Assembly: GCF_000142905.1 (NCBI RefSeq)
Contig: NW_013657654.1
Coordinates: 62,001-126,000, forward strand
Length of the DNA stretch: 64,000 nt
Direction of reading: 5' to 3'
Source: Thecamonas trahens ATCC 50062
Taxonomy: Eukaryota; Protista; Apusomonadida
The notes below the pieces were generated by a model, which was not told the DNA's origin, did not search any database, and saw only the letters and a list, made by a program, of their open reading frames with translations. A program made the translations under genes and the position numbers. This document shows, piece by piece, positions 36,185 through 48,296 of the stretch; positions within the stretch are counted from its first letter, which is position 1, and every line of letters starts with the position of its first letter.

Positions 36185-39100
36185 TCATTGGCGCTTTCGC
36201 TTGCAAATAAAGGTACGGATGGTGTTGCCGTGAGGAACCTGGAGCGTCCGTGGGTTGGTGAACGAGTACTGCGACTGCGGGAGGAGGTCCTTGGTTGTCT
36301 GGGTGAGATGCACAAGACCGGCGTAACCGTGCTGCTCTGTAAACTCGACGACCTCGACGGTCGGCCCCAGACGTCGTAGGCAAACTTGCGCCTGCCAATG
36401 ACTCCGGCCACGACCGGCCCCGAGTGGATTCCGATGGTGAGTTCGATGTTGGCGTAGCCAAAGTGCTCCGAGACGACCGCCATCCGCTCCTGGGCGTCGA
36501 GCGCAAAATTGACAACCAGCTCGGCGTGGTTCGACCGCTCCAGCGGGAAGCCGGCGGCCGCCATATACGCATCCCCGACTGTGCGGATCTTCTCCAGGTT
36601 GTAGTGTGCGGCAATGCGGTCAAACTCGTTGAAGATGCGGTTGAGGAGGAGGATGAGCTCCGCCGGGTCGAGCCGCGACGCGAGCCGGGTAAAGCCGACA
36701 ACGTCGGCCACAATCATGGTAGCCATTGGATGCGACGCCGCTATGAGCCCGGTGCCGAGGAGCTCAGTCGGTGGACCGGAAGTGCGCGAACACAAGTCGC
36801 TCCGTCCAAGTGGCTCGCTTAGCAGGGCATCCATGGCAAAGCGTTGCGATGGCAGTCGCGGCAGTGAGAGCAGCCGGCCCACCTCGCGCGCAATCGGCTT
36901 GGGTAGGATGTTGAAGAGCAGCTCATTGGCCTTGACCCGCTCGTTCGACGTCCGCGACTGCTCCGTCGCCGTCATCCACTCGTAGAGGAACGCGCGTCGG
37001 TGGGCGTACTCAATTGTGTACGCCATGATTGCCGACACGATCGCTGTCGTAAGGACAGACACGATGTGCACGTAGCTGGCGTCAAGATGCGAGACCCGAA
37101 GCGCAGCGACCACAAACGCAAGCGAGGTGAGGAGCAGCACAACGGCTGTGTGCATAAACGAGACTACAGGCACCGCCGTCGACGCCATGAACAGCATCAG
37201 TAGAGCCACCCGTGCCGGAAAGAACGAGCCCAACTGCGCGAGCGGCGACGGAGGACTCAGCGTCGCTGGCGCCTCGGACGTCGTCGAAGAGATAAACACA
37301 AACGAGGTGAGAACCGCATGCATGAGGAGAATGACATGCATCGGGTGCCTGGCCAGTGGAGCAAGCTGTGTCCCCACCATAATCATGAGCGTGAGCATGA
37401 GTGGGAACGCCACTCCAAACCAGAGCAGCGTCGGAAAGAGGTGGAAGACCTTGGACGATGCAGAGAGCGGCGCTACGGCGTGCAGCGTGTCGAGCGCGCC
37501 CAGAATGAGCACAAGCACCGTGCCAGTCGCGAGCAGCGAAAGCAGCCGGATCGGATGCTCGCCTGTCGTCGCCGCCTGGTACTGCGCCTCGAGGCCACTC
37601 TCAAATCGAAGCGACGCCGTCGGAATGAGGTGCGAGACCTTGCCGAGCTTGAAGCGGGAACGCGAGAGCTCCTCCAAGTGCCGGGCGTGTGCTACACGGA
37701 CATTCTTGCCGACCGAAGGCAGCGCGGTCGGCGGCAGCGGGCGCGGTCGTGCTGCAATGAGTGTGTTGGCGGATGCCGACCGCGAGCTTCCCGGCGTGGT
37801 AAAGAGTGACGGCGGTGTTGCTTCACGCCGAAGCAGCATCGCCTGCGGTGAGACTGGCGTCGACAGTGAGCTCTTACGGCCTACCACCGGCGTGTGCGAG
37901 TCTGTCGTGGTCGTCAGAATCGTCGGCGTCGCCGTCCGCGACGTCGAACACGCCGTCGCCGCCTTGGGCAGAATCTCGTACGCCGGCTTACCGCCCTGGT
38001 CGTCGAACCGCATGAGCACTACCTCGACGTTGGACACGTTACCGCCCGGGTTGGATCCCTCCAGCAGATTGCCGAGCGACGACGTTCGCCGCTGGAGCGA
38101 CGACGACGACTCGCCGCGCTGCAACCGCACCTTGGCCGCGTCGCGTGTTGCCAGCGAGAGCGACCGCTTGCCCGAGCTGAGGCCGCCGCCGATCGAGGCG
38201 ATCGAGTTGCTGGTGAGCCGATTGAATGACTCGGAGAAGCGAGCAATGCCTGCGCCACCCGTCCCTTGCATGTCTGTCGACACCGTGTCCGGTGACTGAG
38301 ACCGGTAGTGGGGCGGCCGCGGCGGCTTGGCCGCAGAGCTCGCCGCATCAGAGTTGGGCAGCCGCAGCCCTCCCGACATATCCAATGATTCATCTCCGTA
38401 GTCGTCGTCAACCTCTTCTTCCTGCTCGCCGTAGTCCAGCATCGAGTCCGATGACGATGAGAGGAGCGACGACGTCCCACCCCGACTCTTCCGGGATGAG
38501 TTCTGCCTCACGTCGACAAGATCGACTGACCGAGGCGTTGAGACCAGCGAGTCGGTCGGCGCACCCGATGCCCGCGGCTTGACCATCTTGGCCTTGGCCG
38601 CAAACGTCACCGATGCCGTCGACTTGGCCGACTTGAGCGAGCCGCCCGAGCCCGACATCTTTGGATCGGACCGCGGCGAGACCGAGGTTGTAAGCGATGC
38701 GCCCGATTTGGACGTCGACCGCGAGCCCGAAAGCTGCGGGCTTATCACGTTCTTGGACTCGCCTGCACGCGTCGCCGCACGCGCAAACTCTGCCTGGCTC
38801 ACTGGATCGGCCGGCAGTGTCTGGCCCAGCTGAGTCAGGGACGTCGCGTCGGCCTGCTCCGGCCCAGCCGAGACCTCTGACGCCCGCGTCGGCAGCGTGC
38901 CCGCCGACTTGGTGTTGCTTGCGTTGGCAAGCGAGTGGCCGTCGGGGAGCGACGAGCCTGATGACGGAGCAGCCACAGTCGAGCCCGATGAATGGGCCAC
39001 AAAGGTGAGTGCAGAAGAGACAGACGGCAGTGTCGAGCCCGATGAGACGCCCATTGATCCCGACGACACGCCATGGTAACCAGGGCTGCGAAAAACGCTA

Positions 39101-42100
39101 GCGCCGCTGCCAACAAACATCGAGGAAGGCAGCGCAAGAACGCCATCGGTCGACGAGGTGACACCCGTGGCAGTCGTGACATCTGTCCGCGCAGACGGCA
39201 TGTTGGAGAAAATACCATCTGAGCGGCCCAGCGGCAGCGGCGAGTGCGGCAGCAGCGGCGGCTCGACCGGCATGGCCTGGTGGTGCGCCGATGGTAGGGA
39301 CGCCGGAGATGGCGCCGGCGGTGGCTCGCCCAAAGTAGCCGGGGCCCGCGGCGGCTTGGTTGCCACCGGCAGCTTGGCCTTGCCCGACGACCGCGACGAC
39401 GACGGATTGGTTGACGATGCCATCCGCGAGCCCGAGTCAGACAGAAGGCCAAAGGCAGCGCGGCGGCGTGCTGACGATGGCGTCGTTGCCGTCGTCGACG
39501 AGGAGGAGGAGGAAGAAGAAGACGAGGAGGAAGACGAGTAAGGTTGTGCCAGCTTCCTATTCCTGCCCTCGCCATGCGCCACTACTGACGAGTGCGAGCT
39601 CGACGAGGAGACCGAGTCCGACGACAGCGATCTTGGGCTGAGGCCGGACGACGACGGCTGGTCGGTCGAGGCTGACGGTGGTGCCAACTCGAGCTGGGGT
39701 GGGTTGAGCCCGTGCGGGACGCCGCCGGCAGCAGCGTGTGCTGTCTTAATCACAATCTGCGACGTTGTCGAGTTGCCGGAGAACGAGAGCGAGAGACCTT
39801 GGCCGTCGCCGTTGGATCCAGACGTCGCAACCTTCAGGTGCTGCTGCTGCTGTTCCGAGTGCGAGATCTCGCGGCCATCGAGGCCGAGACCGAGACTGAG
39901 GCCGAGGTTGACGACTCGGTCCCAGCGGGGACGTGCGACGATGCAGGGTGGGTAGAGAGCCTGTTGGCCGAGGCCGGGTTGAGCTTGGCCATAGCGGCGG
40001 GAGTGGTGGGCACTGCCGACGGCGGCGGATCCATTTCGGAGCCCGAGTCGTACTCGTCGTCGAGGGCAGGCATGACACGCTCGATGGCCCGCGCGTTGGC
40101 GACGGTAATGCCCGAAGGATACATCTCGCCCGAAGCCGACGACTCGGGCCCGACGCGGGTCGTGTTGAGCAAGCCCGAAACCGAGCCCGAAGACATGGAA
40201 GCGACAACGTTGAGCGTCGGCGGCGGCGGCCCGTTGAGCGACGTCGAGTTGGACAGATGGACCGGTTGTGCCACTTGCGGGTTGGCGTTGCGGACGAGGT
40301 AGTACGACTCGAGGTGACCGCGGGCATCGAGACGCCAGATGCCACGCGAAATAAACTTGTACGGCTGGTACGACGACGTCGCGTCCGAGAGCAGCTCCTT
40401 GAGCGTGGAGCGGGTGAGGTGAACCCGCGAGTCCGAGCCATGGGTGACCATGGCGTGGGCCATGTTGACCGAGTCGCCCCACAGGTCATAGCAAAACTTG
40501 GAGACGCCTGCCACGCCTGCCACAACAGCTCCCGAGTTGAGGCCGATCCGGAGCTTGAGCTTTGTTTCGAGCGAGGCCGCAAGGCCGGGCAGTGCGTCGA
40601 GGACGGCGCACGCCCACGCCGCTGACCGCGACGCATGGTCGGCGCAAGTCTCCGGCAGGCCGGCAACGGCAATGTACGTCTCGCCGACGGTGCGGATTTT
40701 CTCAAGCCCATGCGCCTCAGCAAGGTCATCAAAGGTCGAGAACACGGTGTTGAGCGTGCCAACAAAGGCTGAAGGCTGGAGATGGCGGTGGTCGCGGGTA
40801 AAGTTCTCGAGGCGGGCAAAGATAATAGTGACCGAGTAGAAGCGCGAGGAAATGAGCGCGGTCTCCTGTGCCGGTGCCTTGAGCTTGGTGGCCACAGGTG
40901 CCGGGAGCAGCGCGAGGAGGAGCTTCTCGGCCTTGGCCCGCTCGTACTGCGCCAGCTGCTTCTCGCGCTCGATGCGGATGAGGGCGAGGAAGGCACGGCG
41001 AGTCGAGAGCGTCTGCTGGTAGTGCGAGAGGATGACAGGGGCGAGAAAGGCAATGAGGAAGAGCGAGAGCGTGACGAGACGGACGTCGACAACCTCGTCA
41101 ACGACCAGGGCAAAGACAATCATCGAGACGGCGAGCCCGGCGCCGGAGACCATGGCAGTGCCAAAGGGGAGGCCGAGGAAAAAGTAGCCGGCCGCGATGA
41201 CAACGAGCACTGTGACGTCCGGCTCGGTGTCCTCGCCGACCAGCCGGACAACAACCATCGATAAGCCGGCAAGGTACATGCCGATGGCGGCCACCGGAGC
41301 GACAAGAGAACGCGCTGGAACCCAGTACGTGAGTGCCAGGAGCGCGCCGGTGTAGATCAATACACCGGTGCGGATGAGGACCACAAAGACGAGCGAGGTC
41401 TTGGCAACAAGCGCATCGTGGATCATGAGGACGACAAAGGCAACCATGGTCGAGACAAGCGCAATGCGGAGGACAAGTTGTGACGTCCGCCACGCAAAGT
41501 GCATGTAGTCGATTTCCATCTGCTCTTTGAACCTGAGCGTCAAAGGATGGATGGCAAGCGAAGGAAAGCAGCAGAAGGCCGGGAAGCGGTCGTTGGACAT
41601 CTCGGGGCCACTCCCGCTGCGCCGCGGCGATGGGAGTGACGAGAACTCTCCCGGTGACGACGAGAGGTGAAAGTTGGAGCCCGAGCCAGACGCCAGGTTC
41701 GACACCGATGTCGAGCCGGTCGTGTGTCGCTCGCGGTCATACTCGCGCTCATGAGCGACCCGCGACGCGGCGGTTGCCCGCGAGACATCACGCGAGAGTG
41801 ACCCTGATGAGCCGCGCGAGATGACCGGACCCATAAAGCCGTTCGAGTGGTTGAGCGCGCCGCCGCCACCACCACCAGAGCCGATCGACGGCAGCGAGTG
41901 CGGATGAAGGAACGAAGCCGAAGATCGGCGGGCGTGCGACACCGACTGGCGCCTCCCACCGCCTGGCAGGCCCGATTCAACCTGCCCGCTCGCGCCAGCA
42001 CCACCAGCACCCGCCGGCCGTCCACCGCCACCACCTCCGCCTCCACCGCCTCCGTTGGCAGCAGCACCACCACCACCACCACCAGAGCCTTGTCCTTGAC

Positions 42101-42275
42101 TCCCACCTCCGCCGCCATCACCACCTCCGCCTCGGCCACCACCTCGCCGACCCGCCTGTTGGTCTTGCAGCAGCTGGAGGTCCGGTAGCACCTCGGCTCG
42201 GTATGCGTGTGGTAGGTACGAGTCGAACCGACCGTCCGGAGGGTCACCAGATGGTGCAACCCGGATACCGGGCAT
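36185..42275 (-). CDS. 12-TM class III nucleotidyl cyclase (6TM-C1-long linker-6TM-C2); frame breaks at ~39870 and ~36365
   Basis: Two hydrophobic 6-TM blocks, each followed by a cyclase domain (EKIRTVG, RIGLNSGAVVAGV / IGIHSGPVVAGVIG, YDLWG / YDVWG). Adding 1 nt at TGGGGCCG restores the C2 end, with stop at 36185. Confidence 0.88.
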
Positions 42276-42370
42276 GTGTGTGTATGTGAGAGGAGAAGGG
42301 TGGGGGGTAGTGGGTGGAGTGTGGAGTGGGAGGGGGGGGGGGGGGGGGGAGGGTTGCGTTGTCTGTGTTG

Positions 42371-42496
42371 TTCACGATTGTGATGGTGATCATGGTTGTG
42401 ATCATGGCTGTGATCATTGCTAACGATGGTGATCATGGTTGTGATCGTGGTTGTGATCACGGTAACGATCATTGCTAACGATGGTGATCATGATCA
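42371..42496. repeat. Degenerate tandem repeat rich in GTGATCAT/TGATCA in the divergent cyclase-PAM18 intergenic region
   Basis: About 8 GATC-centred units spaced ~12 bp, including two GATCATTGCTAACGATGGTGATCATG blocks. Confidence 0.75.
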
Positions 42497-42594
42497 GCAG
42501 CGACCTCCGCCTCCGTCAGGCACTACTACTCAACTCTCTCGACCCATCGAGACACCCCCAGACAGACAAGAACAACAACAGACATAGACAAGTT

Positions 42595-43240
42595 ATGGTA
42601 CGTGGAGGGAAGCCGAGGGAAAGTGAGCTCGGAGGGGGGGGAGGCGAGGGGAGGCGAGGGGGGAACCGGGTCGAGTCGCCCAATGTGCGCTTCATCCCGC
42701 AGCTGGCCGACATGCCTCGGTGTGGTGGGTAGCAAGAGCCTGAGGGAGGATGCGGCCAGGCGAGGAGGGCGAGGGGTAGTGGGAGAAGGGCGGTAGAGGG
42801 TAAACCGAGTGGGACTCATGGGCGGTGGCAATTACGGTGGCTGGACGGTGGAACGTGGCGGAACGTGGCGGTGAGGGACGCGCCAGGCTCTGGCACTGGC
42901 GGCAGGCATGACGGTGGCGTCGGCGGCAATCGGCCTCCGGTTTGCCATCCCGGCGTATCAGAAGTGGAAGGCCATGCCGGCATCGGCACGCAAGCCGTGG
43001 TTCTCTCGCACTGTTGGCGCTGGCTCGTATCCGGGCGGGTTCGAGGAGGCCATGACCCGCAAGGAGGCGGCCCTCATTCTCGGCATCAAGCAGTCGGCGT
43101 CCAAGAAGGACATCACCAAGGCGTGGAAGAAGCTCATGTTGCTCAACCATCCCGACAACGGTGGCTCCACCTTTGTCGCCTCAAAGGTCAACGAGGCCCG
43201 CGACTTTCTGCTCTCGGGCAAGCAGGATCCGCTCTTCTGA
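42595..43240 (+). CDS. PAM18: PAM18/TIM14 (DNAJC19-like) J-protein; exons 42595-42597 (ATG only) and 42887-43240
   Basis: YPGGFEEAMTRKEAALILG, LNHPDNGGSTFVASKVNEARD. ATG|GTACGT...CCAG|GCT splice gives MALALAAGMTV in frame. Confidence 0.9.
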
Positions 43241-43974
43241 GCCCATCGAGCGACCGCAGGTCGAGGCTGTGAGGCCGAGACCGCACAGCCTGGTGCTCAT
43301 CGGCTGCCGCCACTGCGCCGGTACTTTCCATCCCATCCCTTCTCCGGCTGGCAGTCGGGCAATCTGTAGATCCCATGTTGGGAATCCTCCCTTGCAGCCG
43401 GAAGCTCGGCCGCGGACCGGCCCACGGTCCCCTCAAAAGGTGGGATCCGATGCTCAAGCCGAGCCCTTGTCTCGACAAGGTCTTTGCGTCTGTTTCTTGC
43501 CCTGTATGAGGAGGACTGAGTGATACGATAAACTCCTTGTTGGATGTGATGGCCATCGACGCCGCCATTCACCGCCAGCCCTCGCACGTGACCGAAACGG
43601 CAGGCGACGAGCACCACGAAGAGACAGGACTAGCCAAGAAGGGGAACGAGGGGGGACAGACGGCCTGCACGGCTAGAGATGGGAGACAGGACAAAGACAA
43701 CATAGTTCACGACTACCTGTCTCTACCCCTGAGTTGCGGCTAACAACCACACGGGAACAGGTATGTGCCATGAGCGTGCAAAGGGGGGGACAGGGGAGGG
43801 GGGAGTGAGGGAGGGCGGGGGGCGGGGGGGGGGGGGGGCGGATCAGGGGAGGAGCGCTCAGGAGCCAAGGGGGGGGAGGGGGGCAATTTTTGGAGGGGAG
43901 GGGGTGGTGGTTGGTGGGGGGGGGGTATGGAGAACGAGGAGGGGACAGAGACTTAACAAGAGAATGGGCATAGG

Positions 43975-46900
43975 ATGGGTGACGAGTATAAGAATCCGTA
44001 TGCAAACTCGTCCACTGCAAAGTACTCGTCGTCGTCGGCTTTGATGCTCTCCTCGGGCGGTCTCTCCGACATGTACTCGTCCATGGGCATGGGCGGCATG
44101 TCTGGCATGGGCGGCATGAGCGGCATGGGCGGCATGTCTGGTATGGGCGGCATGGGTGGAATGGGTGGTATGGGTGGTGGAGGTGCCGATGCTACCATGT
44201 ACATGGAGCGCATCCGCACGCTCGACCGCCAGAAGACCGAGCTGGCCGAGGAGAAGGCCGAGGCTGCGGCCGAGGCCGAGGCAACCGAGAGCCGGCTGAA
44301 CGGGATGCTGGACGCGGAGCGGCGGCGGGCGTTGCTGCTCGAGGTCGAGCGCGATGAGGCGGTTCAAGAGCTTGCGCTGTGGAAGGCGACCCATGCTGGC
44401 GAGCTCCCGTTCGACACGGCCCAGTCGCTGGAGGAGAACGCCAAGCTCTCGCGCGATTTGGCCAAGGCCAAGAAGGAGCTCGACGCGGTGCGGACCGAGC
44501 TGGAGCGGACCAAGGAGCAGTTGGTGCAGGAGAAGCAGAAGAGCGCGCGTCTGCAGGCCTCGCTCGACTCGGTCTCGTCGATGTCTTCGATGGGCGCCAT
44601 GGGGAGCATGGGCGCCATGGGGAGCATGGGCGCCATGGGTATGGACGACTCGTCAGTCGCCATGCTCCGCAACCAGCACCAGATGGCAATGATGAGGGTT
44701 TCGGAGCTGGAGCGGACCAACGCCGAGCTGCAGCGGCGGGTCGACTCGGCGGCTGATCGATTCAACGACGAGAAGGCCGACCTGCGGCGGCAGATTACGC
44801 AGGCCGAACAGCGGGCCGAGCGCGAGCGTGAGGCGCGGCTCTCAGCCGAGTCTGGCTCGTACGCGTCGAACGCGGCCACGCTTGTGGGCGCGTCGTCAAA
44901 CGTCGGGACTATTGCGCAGCTGAAGAGCGAGCTCAAGGCCGCGCGCGAGGCGCTGGCTACGCTCGAGCGCGAGTCGCGGGCCGAGTCGATGGAGCTCAAC
45001 ATCCACTCCAAGGCTGAGATCCAGAAGCTTGAGCAGCAGGTCCTCGCCGCCAACTCAAACCTGCAGATGGAGGAGAAGAAGAGCGCGCGGCTGGAGCTCG
45101 AGCTGGCAGAGATCCGCAAGGACATGCAGCACCAAAGGCCAACTTTGAGCGCGAGCTCAACGACGTGACTACTAAGCTGGCTCGCGCCGAGGCGCTGCTC
45201 GACGGCGAGCGCGCAGGGTACCGCGCGGTCGGCGACGCGCACAAGGAGCTCGACAAGAACGCGCGCAACATGTCGCTCGAGTTCCAGCGCGTCTCCAAGC
45301 TCGCGTCCGACGCCGAGATGGAGCTGCGCAAGGAGAAGCAGGCGCACCTCGACTACGTCCTCGCCGCCGAGTCGGAGACCCGCAAGCTCGAGTCCAAGGT
45401 CGAGGGCCTCGAGCTGTCGCTGCAAAAGGCCAAGGCGCGCGCCGACGCATACGAGGCACAAAAGGTTGAGCTGAAGGAGGAGGTCGAGAGCCTCGAGGCG
45501 CAGCTCGACGAGTACAAGATCAAGCTGGAAAAGAGCCAGGCAGCAGCAGCCAAGCTCCGCAAGCACATCAAGACCAAGCAGGCCGAGCTTGCCGAGCTCC
45601 GCGCCGCGACCGACAACGAGCGGTCTGCGCGCGCCGACGCTGTCGGCTCGGAGCAGGAGATGCGGCGGATCTACGACGAGATGACCCGCGAACGCGACCT
45701 GCTCAAGCTCGACAAGGAGGCGCTGGAGACCGAGCTCAACGCGTACGCCGGCGAGAAGAAGGCCATGCGTGAGGCTGTCGAGGTTGCCGACAAGACCGTC
45801 GACGAGCTGCGGAGCCAGGTGACGGACCTCCGCCAAGAGCTCAAGGCTGCCGTTGTCAAGCACGCTGCCGACCTGGCGGAGATCGACCTCCAGCACCAGA
45901 AGAAGATCGCCGAGCTCAACACGGCGCACACCGACGCCATGCAGCCGCTCAAAGACGAGTACGCGGCCACGCTCAAGGCTCGCGACATCCAGCACGCCGC
46001 AGACATGGAGGCGGCGCTGGAGAAGCTCCGCGTCGATGTCTCGGCCCACCAGGAAGCCAAGATGCAGGCTGAAGTCGAGATGCGCAAGGCGCTCGCCGAG
46101 CGCCAGTCGCTCATCGACTCGCGCAACAAGACGCTTGACCAGCTCAACGCCGCCGTCACCCTGCAGAAGGAGCAGGAGGCGCTGCTGGACGTTGCAGTTG
46201 GCGAGAAGAACGCTGCCCTCGCCTCGCGTGACCTGGTCAACAAGCAGCTCGAGACCATCAACGAGAAGCTCGAGGCGACGCTGGCCGAGCTCGAGGACGA
46301 GAAGCGGGCCCACCGGTCGTCACAGCTAACGGTCAACGCGCGCGACGAGCGCATCAAGCGGCTTGTTCGTATGCTCGACGAGGAGCAGATGATGATTGTC
46401 GACCTCAACTCCAAGGTCAACCAGTCGGCCGCGGCTGTCGCCTCCATCGCCGAGTCGCTTAGCCAGCTCGGCAAGGGCGCGGTCGAGCAGGCCCAGCTCT
46501 TGCGCGAGACCGAGGGCGAGGGCTCGACTGACTTTTCCGCGTACGACAACACGCCCCAGCTCAAGGAGCAGCAACGCCTGCTCGAGCTGCAGAAGGCGCA
46601 GATGGAGGAGCAGGCCAAGCTCGCAGCCGCTATTCAGGAGCAGGCCGCCGCCACGCTCGCCGAGCAGGCTGTCACCCGCGAGGCCATGCAGCAGCAGCAC
46701 GCCGACCTCAAGGGCGTCGTCGAAGAGGTCCGTGAGGTTGTCAAAAAGGGCGGGGTCATGGAGGAGCCGCCGGCTGCCACCACGCCGGCGCCGATGCCTA
46801 TTGCTGGCGCCGACGACGACGACGAGGACGACCCCTTTGCCGCTATGGAGGCTGCCGAGGATGGCGGCGGCGACGTCGAGGATCCGTTTGCGGTCCTCGA

Positions 46901-48167
46901 CGCCGAAGACGGTGGCGATGATAACAAGAGCGACGCCGGCCGTGACCGCAACGACCGTCGCGAGAAGAGCAGCCGTCGCGACAAGGGCGAGGTCCGTGAC
47001 CGTCGCGAGAAAAAGGATGACCGTGACCGTGATCGCGACCGTGACCGTGACGGTGACCGTCGCGAGAAGAGCGACCGCAGCTCTCGCCGCGGTGACCGCG
47101 ACCGCGACCGCGACCGTGGCGATCGTCGCGACCGCGGCCGCGGCCGTGATGACCGCGACCGTGACAGCCGCGACGAGCAAGTCGTCGAGGTTGCCCATGA
47201 CCCGTTTGGCGAGCCGGATGAGAAGCCCGAGTCGAGTCGCAAGAGCCGGTCGTCGCGCGGCCGCGACGCCGAGGCTGAGTCTGAGAGCGACCGCCCGCGC
47301 TCGTCACGCTCGTCGCGCTCGTCGCGCCGCGGCGAGAGCAAGGACGAGGCAAAGGAGAGTGACCGCCCGCGTTCATCGCGTTCGTCACGCTCATCGCGCC
47401 GCGACGCCGAGGTTGAGCCCGATACCGACCGGGAGAGCCGCCGCAGCGGCGACAAGCGGAGCCGCGACAGCGACCGCAGTCGCGACAAAGACGCTGCCGA
47501 AAAGGATGAAAAGGCCGAGAAGGCCCGCCCGGCATCGCGGTCGAGTCGCTCCAGCCGCGACCGCAAGCGTGAGAAGGATGCCAGTGATAAGGACGACAAG
47601 GCCGAGAAGGAGCGTCCGTCGTCGCGGTCGAGCCGTTCCAACCGCGACCGCAAGCGCGACGATGACCGCAAGCGCGGTGAGCCCAAGACAGGAGCGTCGA
47701 GCAAGGACAAGGACAAGGACAAGGACAAGGATGAGGACAAGTCGACGTCGACATCGTCCAGGCGCGGCGGAAGCTCGCGCCGAAGCAAGGCCAAGGCCAT
47801 CATGGAGTCTGACGACGACGACGTCCTTGCACCCTCGCCGCCGAAGCGCAACTCGTCGAGAAAGGCGTCCAGCAAGAAGCGGCGACCGATCGCCGACGAC
47901 CTCTTTGCCGGCCTCGACGGCGACGATGACGACGACACGCCCGCCGCAACCGGCTCCGTTGACGACGACAACGGCGCGCCCGCCGAAGATGTTGATCCCG
48001 ACACCGTGGAAGAGTGCATGTCGTGCGAGGCCACCTTTACCAAGATCAAGCGCAAGCACCAGTGCAAGAAGTGCAACAAGGTCTTCTGCGCCCGTTGCTG
48101 CCGCAAGCAGAAGGATCCATCTTCTGCTGCCCTTGTCCGTGTCTGCACCCCATGCATGAAGAGCTAA
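43975..48167 (+). CDS. Large coiled-coil protein with GMGGM repeats, RD/RS-rich region and C-terminal FYVE-like zinc finger; frame break at ~45137
   Basis: Two collinear heptad-rich ORFs joined by +1 nt at CACCAAAGGCC; C-terminal CMSC..KRKHQCKKCNKVFCARCC...VRVCTPC. Confidence 0.78.
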
Positions 48168-48296
48168 ATCGTCCGCCCACCCGCCCCCACACACGCATTG
48201 GCCAGAGTCGGTGCCGAGTCGGTCGACCACCAGCGACACGGTCGCCACCTCTCCCCCCCCCCCCCCCACACACACACACACACACACCTACTTCCC

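Noticed and set aside
43241-43960. ncRNA or snoRNA in the PAM18 downstream interval
   Set aside because: Only a short hairpin (CTTGTCTCGACAAG) and imperfect box-like words are visible; an Rfam/Infernal search would be needed.
39834-45168. UGA readthrough or selenocysteine at 39834 and 45168
   Set aside because: The coding continuation is in a different frame, so readthrough does not restore the proteins.
44364-48287. Long antisense and alternate-frame ORFs here and throughout the window
   Set aside because: Expected shadows of high-GC codon usage; no recognisable domains.
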